From Macrostomum lignano (lineage: Eukaryota): 49,838 bases of DNA. The notes under the pieces were generated by a model, which was not told the DNA's origin, ran no database searches, and saw nothing but the letters and a program-made list of their open reading frames with translations. The stretch lies in the NCBI GenBank assembly GCA_002269645.1, contig NIVC01003991.1, positions 1 through 49,838 on the forward strand, given 5' to 3'. A program made the position numbers and the translations under genes. The stretch's first letter is position 1. Each line of letters starts with the position of its first letter. This document shows positions 48,089 to 49,838 of the stretch, piece by piece.

Positions 48089-49838
48089 ACCCAAACATGC
48101 AATTGGTGCACTTTTGAATTTTTTAAAAATGTAGTGCAAACATAGATGCGCAACACCTGCGTGCACGCTGCCTTTTCCTGCTGGCTACTGCTCCTGTAAA
48201 TAAATATACATGGAAAAGGGCATATACACTTGTCATTTATAATGCTTGGAGATGTTCTGAAATTTCAATTTTATATTTTTTCAAAAATATGACAATAATA
48301 CTAAATAATAAAAATAATAATACTTTTGCTAAATATTAAAAATAGTAAGCAAAAGATGCTTACTTTTAGAACATCTCTAATCTAATCTAATCTCTAATCT
48401 AATCTTTTTCTTAGCTAGCGCAATAATCATTTTTTTTTATCTAGTACAATAATCTTTTTCTCATCAAGTGCAATAATCACTTTCTGAGCTAATGCAAAAT
48501 CTGTCTTAACTAATAGTTAGTCTGTTCACATCTAGGCTAGCTCTAATCAAATTTATAAAATGAATTTTGGCACTTATAGTTAATATACTTATAAGACATA
48601 ATGATGCCTTTTTTATGTTTCACATGATGATTTCTCTATGATTGATATGAAGCTTCTTTAATGTTTTATGATACTTCTTTTGTTTGACATGAAGTATCTT
48701 TGATATTTGACAGGATGCTTCAGAGCCTTAAGACTATTCAGAGCCTTAATTAATTAATTAATTATCTAACAACAGACCTTCATTTGCCTAAAATTAGAAA
48801 TTAGAAATTACTAATTTAGCATTTTTTTATTATAGTGCAGTGTAGTACTGTATAATAGTAATACAGTACTAATAGTAATAGTAATAATAGTTTTTAGCAA
48901 TAGTGATAGATAGTGAGAATGTAAGATAGTCAAATATATCATAGTTAGTAATAAAAAAGCCTAGCTATATTATAACTTTACTTTAAACTATGTAAAGTTG
49001 ACTAATATAGTGCAGTTTCTTGTTTTTCTCATAGGCCTTGACTTAGTCATAATAATGAATAAGAATAATGAAGATATAGATCAAGATCATATGATTGAAA
49101 TTGAAGTCAATAATAATGATGAAGCAGCTAAAGCTCAAGCTCATCATGAAGACAATGATAATGATGATAATGAAAACAAGATCAAGACTCTCAAGAGGCA
49201 GTCAATCAAAATCAAAATCCTTGGCCTCATTTAAGTACTTATTTTAAATTATATTCTTTATCAAATAATGGTTAAGCCAAAGGCAATGAAAGAAATCTGG
49301 CTTTTTGTGTATGCTATGCAAGCCTTCAAAAAATTGTGAAAGCATATATTTTATCACTTTGCAATTTAAAATCACACATTACTGTGTGCACTTAGCACAA
49401 GCATCTGAGGTAAGGCTAGTGCATTTGCATTTGTATAAGCAAAACTAAACTTTTTATATCTTTTTTTTATTTTTATTTTTATTTATTTATTTTGATTTAT
49501 TTTATTTTGATATTTCATTTTGAATTTTATACCTTTTTTAATACTTTTTTAGTTATGATTACATATTTTTTTAGTTTTGAATTCTTATTAATAGGTATTC
49601 TTTTTAATGATTCAATTATTGTTATTGATTTTTGAGTTTATTTATTAAATTTTAGTATTGAATTTCTTGCTGCTTTGTTTCAACTTCAAAAAAATTTTAG
49701 TAATAGTATTCTTATATATTTTTGCAAATTTTGAACTTTGCTTTTAAATTCATTAGCTTGAATATATTTGATGAATCAAATGGTTTTTTGATAAAATTAT
49801 TTTACTGACTTACTATAATTTTGCTTTGATCATAGTTT

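Noticed and set aside
48998-49234. 78-aa ORF as a functional gene
   Set aside because: Non-ATG start and low complexity; better explained as mutationally decayed sequence (see finding).

Overview
Eukaryotic (invertebrate animal) genomic DNA. The composition, repeat-stuffed introns and acceptor sites just before start codons are consistent with a flatworm such as Macrostomum; this is inference only. Five protein-coding genes can be built: MRPS33 (+, 2239-2561); GPR155/LYCHOS (+, 8 exons, 3182-14508); a Still life/TIAM-like RhoGEF (+, about 17 exons, 20938-35047); an intronless C2H2 zinc-finger gene (-, 36023-37660); and KDM5 (-, 6 exons, 39512-46507). Also present are a tRNA-Gly(TCC) (-), a young 5'-truncated RT+RNase H LINE inserted into an intronic minisatellite, two tRNA-derived SINE families and over 20 mini/microsatellite arrays. 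The most striking observation is a 45-bp array built across a splice acceptor, where each unit reads as a 10-nt exon piece plus a complete 35-nt GT-AG mini-intron. Other highlights: CpG-null flanks around a CpG-rich gene block, four single-base deletions at conserved Pro codons (probably sequencing errors), and domain losses in KDM5 and the RhoGEF. All calls were made by eye, with no database searches.
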